Below, piece by piece: positions 1-13,411 of a stretch of 64,000 nucleotides of DNA. A program made the translations under genes and the position numbers. The stretch is from Octopus vulgaris (taxonomy: Eukaryota): contig OX597817.1 in assembly GCA_951406725.2 (NCBI GenBank), positions 106,578,001 through 106,642,000 of the forward strand, given 5' to 3'. Each line of letters opens with the position of its first letter. The stretch's first letter is position 1. The notes under the pieces were generated by a model. That model saw only the letters and a program-made list of their open reading frames with translations. It was not told the origin of the DNA and did no database searches.

Positions 1-670
1 AATTTTGGCTGCTATTTCCAGCAGATTTAGCAACCGCACATAGACTCCTTCATTGCTTTTGTTGCTTTCTTTGGCATTTTTTTTTTTTTTTTGCAGAAAT
101 TGTTTACAGCATCGTTGCTGTTCTAAGAAATACGTAACACTCAAATATTGTATGTGAAGTTGTATTGTGTATGAAAGTACTACAGGAGTGTTGTGTAGTG
201 CTTGGAACAATCTTATATATTTATATTCTATTGTCCAACTGCTTGTTGCGTCGGATTTTAATCCTTTCTTCTGGCACTGCGTGGTAGTTAAGAATAGTTC
301 CACACTTTCTGTTGCTCAACACAGTAACGAAACACTCTGACAATTAAAATTTCCCTCCTGCCATATGGAATTATTATTGTCTCCTTGTAATTTCTTTAAT
401 GGGCTTTTCTCGCTTTTATATTTCTAAGCCTAAAATTGTGTCGGGTAATTTCTAATTTAAACTTACTTTTATTTTATTTCAGGCATTTGAATATGAACTA
501 ATAATCTAAATAGGTACTTGATTATGGATTAAAATATACAACACAATTTTTTTTTAGAAAGAATATAGAATTGAGATGAAAACATGCCAAAATTGGTTGC
601 TTTGTATAACCATATATAATAAATTATATTCATATGAAACCAAAAGTTACCAACAAAATTTCCTAAAATT

Positions 671-2986
671 ATGCCTCGTAAACAATTTCAAGCAATTTTC
701 CTCTTCGGAGGGTTTTTAGTATCTTTGTTGTGTATAACCTCTTGGATGGGTACAAGTATAGAGAACAAACTAACTCTGAATAAAAAACATTATGATTCTG
801 GTCATCATTTTGAAGATTTCAGGAGAAGTTTATTAATGAGTAATCCATCAAGTACTAAAAATGATTTCCCTACTATTCAACAATGTCATTTTTACAACAT
901 TTCTAATCGAAATGTTTGTTATGTTCAGATAAGATGTTACCAGAATGACAGTTGGAATTTCTGCCTAAATATATCTTGCCATAATTGCAATCACCATTAT
1001 TTAGAAAAGAAAGCCGCAGCATTTCAGTATAAGATCTTAAAAGAACCTAAACTGAGGCAAGACAAGCTATGTCAACTTCTTGAAGATTATTATGTTTCCA
1101 AAAAATATAATTCCTCAGGACAAAGTATTATCCGCTGTATGGTATGCAATCAACTGGACAGAAAACTAAAATCAACCAAACAATTTAATTCTATTAGCTC
1201 CAAGACTAATTGTAAACCTGTAGAAAAAGAAAACAGAACTACATCAAATATACATCTGATATATTTTCGATTTTTCTCCCGTCAAGAATTTAAGAGTAAA
1301 TTTCACCAAACTCATACCCAGTTAATGAAAATAAATAATGAAAATATTGCTCATGTCTATAATTTTGCTAAGCATCAAAGTACAAGAGTTCAATATTCTG
1401 CAGGATTATATCAACTGCTCTGTGGTGAAACCTTTGATTTGAATATTAATGAAGAGTCCCTATGCTCACAGTCATTGGCTAAAACAGCTACTAAGTATGG
1501 TTATCAAACTTTCCTTTTTGACCATACATGTGAAGAATCAACTTCTGAGAAAATCAATTTTTTATTTACAAAGTTTTATCAGGGTTTTGATTACAACACT
1601 AAAGGATCTTCACCTACGTTCTACAATGACCTGCCACCCAACCTACAAGAGAAAACTTGCCACAAAAGCAATTCTGATAAAAAAGTAGAAATCTCTGGAA
1701 GTGGTATTTTTGATTATCACCAAATTGTTAACAAAGAAAGCAATGGCAAATATATTCTGTTATCCATACTAAGAACATCTGATGTAGCTAACTCTCAATT
1801 AAGAGTTATTGACTCTCAGTTAGCCAAAGTCATAGAAGATTTAAGTAAGCAAAAAGATTCTGTTATTATATTAACTGGTGACATTGGCCATGGATGGAGT
1901 GTATCTGGCTGGAATAATTCAAAAATTACCCAGCTTTCAAATCCACCGCTGTACTTAGTGCTCTCAAAACAGTTTCAAAAGAAGTTGGGGAAAATTAGAG
2001 CAAAGAATGTTTTGAGAAATACACACAATCTGGTTACACTGAAAGATATTCATTTTACTTTGCGTGACATAATGGCAATCAACGATCCTAAATCATATTT
2101 AAAGGATAATAAAAGTTCAAAAGATTCTATCAAAAATGAAACCACTTTTGGTCTTTTCCAGTTTCTTAAGAAAGGAAGAAGCTGTGGATTTCTAGATGTC
2201 ATGCAGCCACATATTTGTCTCACAGAGAATCAAGCAGTTACATTTGATAATGATAGTATCCAAGTTGGATTAGCAGAATTTGTATTAGGTGAAATGAATG
2301 AAAAGATTCAAGAAGAAATAGAAACTGAAGAAAATGAAACAGATTTATTTCTTCTTTCACCCTTTGGCAATTGCCAAAGACTGAAGGGTCTTTCGTTTGG
2401 CAATATCAATAAATGGCGAGACAATGGAAAAGTAATGACTCAGATGGATATTCATGTAATTGGTAAAGACACAAAAGAACCCAATGTTTTAACTGTCTTA
2501 TTATCAACTAATGATGACAGTAAGAATCCAAATATTCAAGTATTATCTTACCATCGAAAAATACCTTCAAATGATGGCTTACAAATTTGTTTTCGAAGTA
2601 AGCTTGATTATGATTTATGTCGATGTGTAGAAACTGTCAACCAAAGTTTATCAGCATGGAGGTCTGCATACTTAAGGATGGTGTTCAGCAAATCTTTTGG
2701 TGTTCCCTTGAAAGTGGCAAATATCCATAACCAATGCCTGTTACTTATAATGAGGGATTATACAAACAGTATTGTTTTTGAAGCAGTCAATATTTGTGAA
2801 GGAAGAGAATACATCTTGGGATTTTATATTGATACTTACAATATGATATCATTAGTGCCACTTCCAATTAAGAAAACTGTCAAACCACTCCAAGTTAGAT
2901 TTCTTACTTCTATCATACAATCTTCCTACTTAAGACCAGGACGATTCACAAAATACCAAACTTATTTTAGCGTCAAAATGAGATAA
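671..2986 (+). CDS. DUF229-like (alkaline phosphatase/sulfatase-fold) type II membrane protein, 771 aa, intronless CDS
   Basis: Long open ORF with an N-terminal hydrophobic anchor (AIFLFGGFLVSLLCITSWM). DUF229-like motifs: IDSQLAKVIEDL..SVIILTGDIG, SNPPLYLVL, NTHNLVTLKDIHFTLRDI, GLFQFLKKGRSC..ICL. An upstream polypyrimidine tract with AG at 481-482 implies a 5'UTR intron. Family assigned from motif recall, not from an HMM search. Confidence 0.8.
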   Translation: MPRKQFQAIFLFGGFLVSLLCITSWMGTSIENKLTLNKKHYDSGHHFEDFRRSLLMSNPSSTKNDFPTIQQCHFYNISNRNVCYVQIRCYQNDSWNFCLNISCHNCNHHYLEKKAAAFQYKILKEPKLRQDKLCQLLEDYYVSKKYNSSGQSIIRCMVCNQLDRKLKSTKQFNSISSKTNCKPVEKENRTTSNIHLIYFRFFSRQEFKSKFHQTHTQLMKINNENIAHVYNFAKHQSTRVQYSAGLYQLLCGETFDLNINEESLCSQSLAKTATKYGYQTFLFDHTCEESTSEKINFLFTKFYQGFDYNTKGSSPTFYNDLPPNLQEKTCHKSNSDKKVEISGSGIFDYHQIVNKESNGKYILLSILRTSDVANSQLRVIDSQLAKVIEDLSKQKDSVIILTGDIGHGWSVSGWNNSKITQLSNPPLYLVLSKQFQKKLGKIRAKNVLRNTHNLVTLKDIHFTLRDIMAINDPKSYLKDNKSSKDSIKNETTFGLFQFLKKGRSCGFLDVMQPHICLTENQAVTFDNDSIQVGLAEFVLGEMNEKIQEEIETEENETDLFLLSPFGNCQRLKGLSFGNINKWRDNGKVMTQMDIHVIGKDTKEPNVLTVLLSTNDDSKNPNIQVLSYHRKIPSNDGLQICFRSKLDYDLCRCVETVNQSLSAWRSAYLRMVFSKSFGVPLKVANIHNQCLLLIMRDYTNSIVFEAVNICEGREYILGFYIDTYNMISLVPLPIKKTVKPLQVRFLTSIIQSSYLRPGRFTKYQTYFSVKMR

Positions 2987-5443
2987 GCTATAAAAGGGTT
3001 ATTTCCCTCAGTCTGATTTTCGGTTTATCAAGAATTGTATTGAAGTTTGGTCTGAAATATATCTCTAGTTTTTTTGTTTGAAGAATAATAATGAATTTTA
3101 GTTTTATTTCACTGAAAGCTTCAATATTACATCAACAGAATTAAAAGAGAATATTTAATTTTAAATAATTATATTTAAATGATTGCAGTTCTAGCTTACC
3201 ACAAAGTAATCAGTATTTTCTGATTTTAATTTAATTATATTAGATAGAGTTGTTATAATCATACAAATTCTCCAAATGTAAAATATGTGTGAGTATTGCA
3301 AATACAGATGTGAACCTTCTAAATCGTAGCAATATCTATTATAAATCTTCAGCAATGAAGACACTTTATTATATACTCACATCCTGTCAATATTATATAA
3401 TTTACAAGTTCTAATTATAACAATAGATATAAGTAAAATTTCTTCAGTTAGGTATAATATTTATAAATATTAGTGTGTTTTTTTTTCTTACATGCACATG
3501 AATATCTGGAATGAAAACAGCTGAAGATTATTATCAACAGCAATATTAGCTGTTCCAATTCTGTCATCTAATTTAGTAATGTATACAATGTTTGAGTACT
3601 AAACAGACCATTAAAATATAAAAATTTAAATACTATTGAAGCCAACATACTTCAACAACAATAAAAACTTTCTCATTCTTTCACTTCTATGGGAACTTTG
3701 CTGTTGTATTCTGATCTACTACAGCCCAAACTCCTACTGTTACAGTCTATGAACAGCAGATATTCAAAGGTTGGTGGAAACACTCAGTGTTGTGTGTGTA
3801 GCTAGGAATGTCATATTAAGTGTCACCCAACAAAGGTTATACTTCATGTTCATTGACAAACAAGTCAGTAAAAATTCATGTGAAGTCATAACCAAGTAGG
3901 TTATTCACACACAATGTTGAGTAACTGTAAAAGTTATACTTGACTGAAAACCATATTTAAAGCTGAGTGTCAGTTAAAGATAATTATACTTGAGGTGATA
4001 GCTAGGAGCATCATTCTCAATGTTCTATGAAAACTTAGAAATTCAAGTTTGATGCTGAATGGCACTAGAGAAGAATTGTTATTATGAAACTTAAGATTGA
4101 AGTGACAAATGATAAAGCACCAGGCTAAATTCCTAACTTTACCTTTCATCTCTTTGTAATTGATAAAACAAATACCAGGAATATGCTAAGTAAGATTCAA
4201 TCTCCATACTGTTCTTCTATAATTTTGTAGCCTTGTGCCAATATAAAAACCTATAATAAACCTTATAATTATTTTGATATTATTGTTGAAGAGAACTTTG
4301 TAGGAAAACAGGACTTTTAGTTCTTTGGTTAATTGAATCAGCAACTAGGTTTAATTAGTTTCTTTTTTCCTCACCTTTTCATCTGAGATGTCATGTAAGA
4401 AAGCATTATCATCTTCATCATTATCTTACTGTTTACTAATAACTCCATTGAGTTGTTTAGCTAACACCAAAAATGAACACTGATTGTAAACCAGCACATT
4501 AATGCATTTTTTGGCTACATGCAGTTGGAAAAATTCTTTTATAATCTATTTCTAGGATTGGATATGGGAATATTTTTCCGGTTAACATCTAGTTTCAGAG
4601 TTGCCAATGGCCCAACATATTGTACCTCTTCCTAATCTGAAATTTAATTATAATTATTATTGCTGGCTTTTACCCCATTGATCTTCCCAGGAATAGTGGG
4701 CCTAAAAGATAGACGACACTGTAAACTTTGAAAAATGCTCATGGATTTTTTGAGTACATGAAAATGTTATTTACTTCAAATTTGTTTACAGCTATTTTTG
4801 CATATTTGAATGATTCAGCCACATTTATTTAGCTATCAGACATGTTTGTTAATAATAACCAATGACAATGAGATTAAAACTTACTTTCATCAACTCAAGC
4901 TTCTAGAAAAGAAGAAAACAATCTATTCTTAGAATCCACGAAAAAATAATGATGATGATGGTTGTGATGATTTTTGTTTTAACATGATAATATTGATAAT
5001 ATTTATATAATAAATAATTTTACTTAATATGCAATGGAAAGTAAGCTTTGTAGCAACCAGATTGTATATTAATTTCCTACATTTTGATATTTTCACGAGT
5101 TTGGTGTGAATGTTAAAAATATGAAGTCTATTGAATTGTTATAATATTTGCAAATGAGCAAGAAAATGTTTCAATATTGTTTTCATCATGTTTTATTTGA
5201 TGACATATAACAGTAAGAATTTGTTATTTAAAGAATTTGTTATTTAAAGTTGAACACACAACTAGCTAGTTTATAGTATCTTATGTTCAGTTCCTGCCTC
5301 CATCATCTGTTTGAATTAAAACCCCACTTGGCCTTTCATTCCTTCATTAAATCACTAACACTGAGTTACCTGTTATATATCTTTCTCAACAAAATCGATA
5401 TAGAGCTTGACTAAAGAAATTACTACAAAAACCATATATATAT

Positions 5444-5485
5444 ATCCTTTGATAAGGTCTATGGATGAATGAAACTGGTTGGGAT
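5444..5485 (+). ncRNA. Degenerate minimal hammerhead motif
   Basis: atcct-TTGATAA-ggtc...gaat-GAAAC-tg-GTT-gggat; stem I atcc/ggat retained, core mutated. Confidence 0.35.
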
Positions 5486-8400
5486 GTTACAGTAAAACAA
5501 TTTAATATATCTAAATGAAATGTTACACCTGTTTTTTGTTTTTCAATTTTTCTAAAATGATTACAAGAATTATTTCAATGTTATTTTGCATTTTCACCCA
5601 TTTTCGTTTGGGTTTGATTCCACTGCATAGCATTTGCATACAAGTGTATTTTACTATATAGCCTATTGCATGAAATTGGGTAGATGGAAGCTATGTGCAA
5701 AATCCACTTGATGGACTGTAATTGTAATATAACCTGAGTTTTACATTAGAAGTACATACGTGTCTGTGAAATACTCAGCCACTTGCATAATAATTCAAGT
5801 AAATCAGTTAAATGAACCATTGAATATAATCTCATTGCTGGAACTAATGGAAGTCCATTACTTTATATATAGAAGTACTACAGAGTGCCTGAAATCTTTA
5901 TGAGGTCCAGTTATACAAACTACATAACAAGTTTCATAAATTTGTATTTAAAAAAAAATGCAACATATCAAAAAAGAAAACAAAAAAAATAAAGAGCAAA
6001 AGAGTTACTGAATTTGTATGAAAATATTTTCATTTATTTTATGATGATCCTCCAATATAATTTTACACAAACTTAATTGTTCATGACATAGCAGGAAATA
6101 ACTGTTGTAAAAATAAAGACAGTTTATTTATTCAATATTTTTTATTTTACATGAAAAATCTTGAAATAAAAAGCCATTGTAAATGTTAAAATTTTTGTTC
6201 TTTAGTTTTTTATGCGTGTGTGTATAATGTTTCAAATAATTACCGATAAATTTTCTAATCATGCTAAGATTTTCAGTGTTAAATATCATAAAATACCAAT
6301 CTAAGACAATGATAAGAATTCCCATTAGTAAGAATGCATCTTTTTTTTGTTCCTAAGCGAGGTCAGGCAACCAGCCTAATATATGGGAGGTAACTCTGAC
6401 AAAAACTTGTAAGCAATGGTTTGACTGCAACAAACATTATTGTCTATATTTTTGAAGATCTAATTGAAAAATTTCTTTATTAAATTGTGATTACATATCT
6501 ATCTATATATATAAAGAAATTGTTGATTAGCAAGAAATATTTGTAATAAAAATTATTTTCCCAGAGTACAGCAGCCTGGAACTCTCTTAGTCCAAGTTTT
6601 TCCAGGTACAATGAATATATGAGCAGGTACTATATCATCACAGAATGCTTGATGAAAAACACCTATGCTTTACCTTTCGAAAATATAACAATAAAAATAA
6701 ATAGAATACTACCTGTCTATTTTAAGGACTATACTTGTCGGTGTACAAGGCATTAAGACTTCTATCATCAGCACTAACAAGTAACTGTATTCCACAATAT
6801 TTAAGATTCATATGTATTATCTAGAACGTAAGAAGACCCCACCTTCATATTTTGGTAGAAGTAAAGGCTAAAAGGTCATCTTAAACACTTGTACAGTTGG
6901 TAGTCTAGAGAAAATTATATATGGAATAGCAGGTACATAATTTATTTCAACAAAGTTTTGTTGTAAAAGGTTTTCATCAATATAATCAACATCAGTATAT
7001 TATTTAGAACCTGTTTTATCTACATCAGAAAGTTATATAGCAAAATTGACTCCTTCTGAGGATTAATCTATCTATTTATGTTATTATTCCTTAACTAGAC
7101 AGACTTCCTTAACACAATTAGATTGCTATCTTCCTGTCAATAGGAGCCATTGCCTAATTGTTGCTTGACTTGTTAAAAATAACAGCCAAATCAAGCTTAC
7201 ATCACACCCTACTATCTTCAGGAAAGAAAAGACACCATAGTTGATAGAACTATTAGCAGAAGATAAAATCTATAAAGAGATGTACTGTGCTAAAATCTTT
7301 CCAACTTATGCCATGGAAAGAGAGATATGTAAAGTCTATAATAATAATGATTGATATGACTGACTGATGTAAGGTGGTAAGCTGTCAGAATCATTAGTGC
7401 ACTGGGAAAATGCTTAGTGGCATTTCATCCATCATTATGTTCCGAGTTGACTTTGCTTTTCATCCTTTCAGGGTCAAAAAATAAGTACCAGTTGAATACT
7501 GGAAGTCAATGTAACTGACTTCACATCTCCCCTCAATCTTGCTGGCCTTGTGCTAAGATTTGAAAGTGATATAACTGATTGATGGAGAAAGTTCAATGAA
7601 GTTACTTTTTACAACTAAATATAAACACATAATTTTGCTGAAACTTTAAAGGACAGTCATTTTGTAACTAGGAATGCATCTGTATATGACAGAAAGAATT
7701 AATTTTCATTGAAACATCTAAAAAGTGGACATTATTTTTATATTGCACCAGTCCCAATCCACAACCAGTTTTTTTCATTGAGTTTATGGACACTACATTT
7801 CTTTTTAGATATTTTAGTTCACATAACTATCAACAATAGTTACATGATCTTCTAAGAATGTAACCTAACGTATGTTCTAAGTTCAAAAGTCTGACTTTTA
7901 TAACATTAGGATTTGAAATATAATCTAAACACCAGGTGTGGGCAATTTTTTTAAAAAGTAGGCCACATGAAACATGGCTCAACATCAGATGGGCCACACC
8001 ACTAAAAAATATCAAGGTAACTTTTTTTTATTAGGCATACCATTCAGAAAGTTTCACTGTTTGCCTATGTCTCTTCTAAATTTTGATTCATGACAATTTT
8101 CTTTGCATTGCAAAAAGTTTTCAGATAGAATTTCAAGGTAAAATATGTCAATGGATGACTTAAAAAATGTTTGAGTATCATTATTTTCTAACCCTGCCAA
8201 TGATGGTGCATTAGGTTAATACCTGAATTTTCTTTCCTTTGTCTGCCTGGCAATAAACAAATCATTTGAGTACTTAACCCGTTCTATAGTCGAAATCAGA
8301 TATATCCACTCAAAATTTCATTACCTCTGATGGCAGTAAGCAGTTTTGTATACTAATCTATCTTTTGCTGAGGAATGTCAAATTTGAAACTATTTTTTGT

Positions 8401-9399
8401 TGAGATATGTCAAGTTTACTGAGGCAACGTAATGCATGAAATACCAATTCTATTTTGTGGTAGATATTTAACATTATTAATAGAATAACCATGAAATTAA
8501 ATTTCATATGTAAAGGTATAATTAACTAGAAATTGTTGTGTAATTTATTGATCTACAAGCCAAGATCTTCTGTGTCATAAGTGTGTATAACTAAACAGAT
8601 ATTCTTGTTTTGTAAATTATTTTCAATGCCTTTCATTGTAAAAAAAAAACAAAAGAACAAAAAATAACAGAGAGAGAATTAAAAGAAGAAAAGAAAATTA
8701 TCAGAATGGCAAATCCAAAGGAAACAAAAGGTGGAAACAGGTTATCAAATTATGAATTTTGCACCATTGATACTTCAAGTTTATCCTAGAATGCAGACAT
8801 AACCATGTTACATTGTATTTGCCAATAGTAATGTGCAGTTCATACATATGAACAATATGAAAATTGGAAAGATAATTACTATATAAAATCATCATTATCT
8901 TTATGAAGTAACTTATAACTTTAAACTAGTCATACCCTGAGATATATAGATGAAATTTAAGAAATGATATGTTTTTATCATGCAATGAGTTGGAAAACCA
9001 AATTTCACATTTTGTACCAATATCATAAATTCTCCAAAAATAAACGTTGAAAATTTTCTTTGATTTTAAAAAGGTTATATATATAAACAATTGCATTAAA
9101 TACAGAGGCTGGTACATCTGAATATTTTTATTTTTGCAGTTGATTATACAACATAACTGGTTTGCACAATTAGGTACTAAATGAGATTAAATAAAAATAA
9201 CTTCAATTCTATCAGGTATAATTATATATATATGTGGTATAAGGAACTTATTTATGATGTTAATATGAAAATTTCTCTGTGCAATCGAGTTTACAATTAT
9301 ATGTATTGCTAGGATTTATATAAATGTTATTTTAATTTAATGAGAATACTGACTGCTACTTGAAAGTCAAATCAGATATTATCCTGACATTTATCCCAT

Positions 9400-10500
9400 A
9401 AATTCAAACACCTCCCATTTACATGGAAGTATTTCAAGGTCTTTCTATGCAAGTGCAGGCCTCTTAAGGCTTGTTCCAGTCTACAATTAAGCAGCTGGTG
9501 TTTAGATGTAAAAACCTGGAAAATTTCCTCTATTTTTTCCCTCCTGTTATATAAGGTGCAGGCCTGCTAATTTTTTTTCTATGCTATCATTGCTAGCATT
9601 CCAATCCTTAAGGTACCACTTGAACATGTTGAAGCTAGTGTTATACATATTAATGCTATCCTTAAACAAATTTAAATGGTGTGCCAGCCTTGCCTTGAAG
9701 TTTCTCAAGCATGCACCAATATAGAAGTATGAATTTCTTTCTGATGTAATCTTACAACGGTATACTAAGTTTTTCCTCAAATCAGCATTTAAGAGACAAA
9801 TTTAATTTTTTCCATAACCACAAAAATTTTTTTCCCTACTAACTGTTTATACATTAGTGGGACTAGAACTAGATATCCTCCCAATTTCTGTATCTCTTGA
9901 TCTACTATTGTTTATACTTTGGTTATAGTCTTGGGCTCCTATGCTATTATGTCTAGCAATTGTTACACTCAGTCTTGTTTCAGTAAGAATTGTGAAAGTT
10001 GTCTCACTGCCACTGCCCATCTTCATTCGATGGTTTGTTCCCCTGCAATTGTATTTAATTGCAGTATTCAGGATCCTTCTTAGCTGGCTTTCTATCTTTC
10101 TGGCTCTATGTTCACGATTGTTAGCATTATAAGTACAGGCATCACTAATATTTCTACTAACTACGTTATTGCATGTTCTAGAATTCAGAAAGCCTAGTTT
10201 TGTACACAATTATAATTTGTGATAAGTTGCTTCTACAGAATTATGTTGCATAATTAACAGTAAAAATTTAAATTTAAATTTAAAAATAGGCAAACGTACA
10301 AGTCTCAATATTTGTTGCAATTGTTTCGGATTAACACGCCCAAATTTATTCTTAATCCAGTGAAGTGAACCCAGGAATTACCCATTGGACAAATTACAGT
10401 TGGATTGCCCTCCTTGAGTAATTCTAGGTACTCTTTACTACTCAATAGAGTTATACTGAATCTGGACTATACCTGAGTGCTCATTTAGTACCCACCTGGA
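9400..10500 (-). mobile_element. Penelope-like element relic (RT-EN linker plus GIY-YIG endonuclease)
   Basis: KNLVYRCKITS..YFYIGACLRNFKARLAHH...KWYLKD (GIY-YIG), downstream LLNCRLE, upstream FKFLLLIMQH..YHKL and KYNCRG; broken by stops and frameshifts. Confidence 0.75.
10310..10394 (-). ncRNA. Degenerate hammerhead motif just 5' of the Penelope ORF relic
   Basis: Minus strand: atttgt-CCAATGG...ttaatcc-GAAAC-aatt-GCA-acaaat; perfect 6-bp stem I; core decayed. Confidence 0.4.
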
Positions 10501-10514
10501 TGATTTACCACTAT

Positions 10515-10518
10515 AAAC

Positions 10519-10549
<31 letters not shown>

Positions 10550-10733
10550 TATGTATATATACATACATATATAGACACATATATATACATATGTACATGT
10601 ATATATATATATATATAGACACATATATATACACATGTATATGTATATATACATATATAAACACATATACATATATATACACATATACATATATATATAT
10701 ACACATATATACATAAATATATATATATAAACA

Positions 10734-10771
<38 letters not shown>

Positions 10772-11059
10772 CGCTTATATATACATACATGTATATATAC
10801 ACATATATACATACAAATATGTATAGATATATATACATACACATATATACATACATATATACATACATACATATATATACATACATATACATGCATACAT
10901 ATACATGCATACATATACATGCATACATATATATATATATACATATATATATATACATACATTCATATATATATATATATATATACACATTTATACATAT
11001 ATATACATACATACATATATGTACATTCATAAATATAAAGATATATACCAACATATATA

Positions 11060-11114
<55 letters not shown>

Positions 11115-11165
11115 CATACATATATAAAGTGTGTGTATATATTTATATATGGAGATATATATATA
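10515..11165. repeat. Compound (TA)n/(TACA)n microsatellite
   Basis: Directly visible; source of the spurious YI/YV ORFs. Confidence 0.95.
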
Positions 11166-11439
11166 ATCAATTCAAAAAATAGAGAGAAAAAAAGAGAAAG
11201 TAAAAAGAGGACATAGCACAAACAATGCATTAACATTATGCTCAGAGAAGGAGAAGTGTAGTTTTTTAATGTTTTGAATATTGCTCTTCTTTACAAACAG
11301 GAAAAACAGGGTGGTCCAAAGGGAAGAAGGAAATGAGAAAAAAAAATCACCAATAATCCACATGCGGTTACATTTTTGAAGTGACCGGAAGTAGAAGGAG
11401 AAGCAGAAAGTGCTTTCTGGGACATGAGAGTATGAAGAT

Positions 11440-12528
11440 GGTCAGTATGTGTGTGGTAGCATGTGTAAGTATGGTGGTGTGCGTATCTGTGTGTGTTGTG
11501 TAAATGGTAGCTTGTGTGCTTGGTAGCATGAGTGCCTGTGCAGGTAACTTTGTGTGTGGTATTAACAGTGTGTGTGAGTATTGTGTGTTTGTGTGTGTGT
11601 GTGTATGTGTGTGGTAGGATCTGTGTGCATGTGTACAGATATAGTAACAGATGTGTGAATGAGTGGATGTGTCAGTGTGTGTATGATTGCATCTGTGCAT
11701 AGATAGAAGGGTCAAAAGTGAGTCAGAGGCAGTCTGTATGGGTGAGTGTGGCTCTGTGTATATATGTGTTGGCATGTGTGCATAGATGGAATGGGAATGT
11801 GTATGTGTGTGTGTGTGCACACCTGTGTATGGGTGCATGTGTGTGTGTCTCTCTTTGTGCATACATATGTGTGCATGTGGGGATGTATGTATCTATGAGT
11901 GAGTGTGGAAGTGCATGCATTGTGTGGAGGTATATGTGCATTCATGTGTGTGTATGTGTGCAAGTGTGAGAGGGAGAGAGGGGTGAGGTGGAGTATGTGT
12001 GGATACATTGTCTGACAGGTGTGTGAACGGATGGGTGTGGTTGTGTGTGTTGGCATGTATACATAGACGTGTGCGTAGACGCAATGGGAATGTGTATGTG
12101 TGTGTGTGTATGTGCATATGTGTATGTGTGTGTGCGTTTCTCTCTGTATCTCTGTATGTGTGTGCGTGTGTCTGCGTGTGTGTGTGTGTGGAAGTGTATG
12201 TACATGCATGTATTGTGTATGAAGGGTTGTGTGTGTGGATGCATTGGTTTAGCCAAGGGTGTGGGTATTATGTGTGCTGTCACACGTGTGTGTGTGTGTA
12301 TGTATATGTGTGTGTGGTATGTGGTATAGGAATATGTATATATATACATATAGACGTCTATATTTATATTTATATACATATTTATATATATATATATATG
12401 TATATATATATGTATATATATACATATAAACGTCTATATTTGTATTTATATACATATTTATTTATACATTTATATATATACATATGTATGTATGTATATA
12501 TATATATACATATAAACGTCTATATTTG

Positions 12529-12569
<41 letters not shown>

Positions 12570-12581
12570 ATATATATATTT

Positions 12582-12612
<31 letters not shown>

Positions 12613-12660
12613 CATACACACACATATATATGTTCATATATATATATATATATATATAGT
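11440..12660. repeat. Degenerate (GT)n tract followed by a (TA)n/(CA)n compound array
   Basis: Directly visible. Confidence 0.9.
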
Positions 12661-12974
12661 CCACTCTACTGAGTGGTTGGTGTTAGGAAGGGCATCCAGC
12701 TGTGAAAACAGTTACAGAAGTCTGGTGCAGGCTTCTGCCTGTCTGGCTCTTCTCAAACCATCTCACCCATGCCAGCATGTAAGACAGACGTTAAATGATG
12801 ATGATAATGATCTATATATGTATATTAAATGTATATTATATATACACATATTCTTTTATGCATCCCAGCCCTTAGGCTGTGGCCATGCTGGAACACCGCC
12901 AGTATACATATATATATATATATATAAATGTTTATATAGTAGAATAAGAAATAGAAAGTCCCTGGTACAGTGTT

Positions 12975-13126
12975 ATATATTTGAAAAAAGGAATAGAAAT
13001 TGCTTTTCTGGTCATTTTTCCACTTTAATAATTAAATGTTTATTTGTAAACTTATAAACCTCTCATAATTAAAGTGGAAAAATTATAAGAAAAGCCATTT
13101 CTATTCATTTTTTTCAAATATATATA
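12975..13126. repeat. ~55-bp imperfect inverted repeat (foldback) near the UCP4 3' end
   Basis: atatatttgaaaaaaggaatagaaattgcttttct..tttttccactttaat versus attaaagtggaaaaa..agaaaagccatttctattcatttttttcaaatatat. Confidence 0.85.
13039..13044 (-). terminator. Candidate poly(A) signal AATAAA for UCP4
   Basis: tttatt on + (AATAAA on -), about 300 nt past the stop codon; use not demonstrated. Confidence 0.4.
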
Positions 13127-13339
13127 TATACTTTCTTAGTTACATCATATGCAATATGATGCTTCATCAGTTATATGTATGGCATCAGTTATATCATAGA
13201 TTATATGTATGGCTGTTTACATTATACACAATAGTTGTACATTATTTGTAATCAGTTACACTATATGAAATAACTGAAATTCAAAATCAGTTTATCTGTT
13301 ACCATGAGAAGCCTTTCAATAGTGAAATCCATGAATAAA

Positions 13340-13411
13340 TCAGAAAGATGAAGCTCCAGTAAGTTTTCGCATTTGCTCTAAAGACAACCAGAATGTCAGA
13401 GACCAAGGTGC
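13340..13411 (-). CDS. SLC25A27: UCP4 coding exon 10 ([23 protein letters not shown])
   Basis: ctgcag| acceptor, TGA stop at 13342-13340. Confidence 0.95.
   Translation of the reverse strand, partial: APWSLTFWLSLEQMRKLTGASSF

Noticed and set aside
10438-13057. Multiple 70-350 aa ORFs rich in Y/I/H/T/C/V
   Set aside because: Microsatellite-derived low-complexity frames
13128-13175. CTGATGA plus hairpin on the minus strand in the UCP4 3' UTR
   Set aside because: Six extra nucleotides precede GAAA and there is no stem III; probably chance
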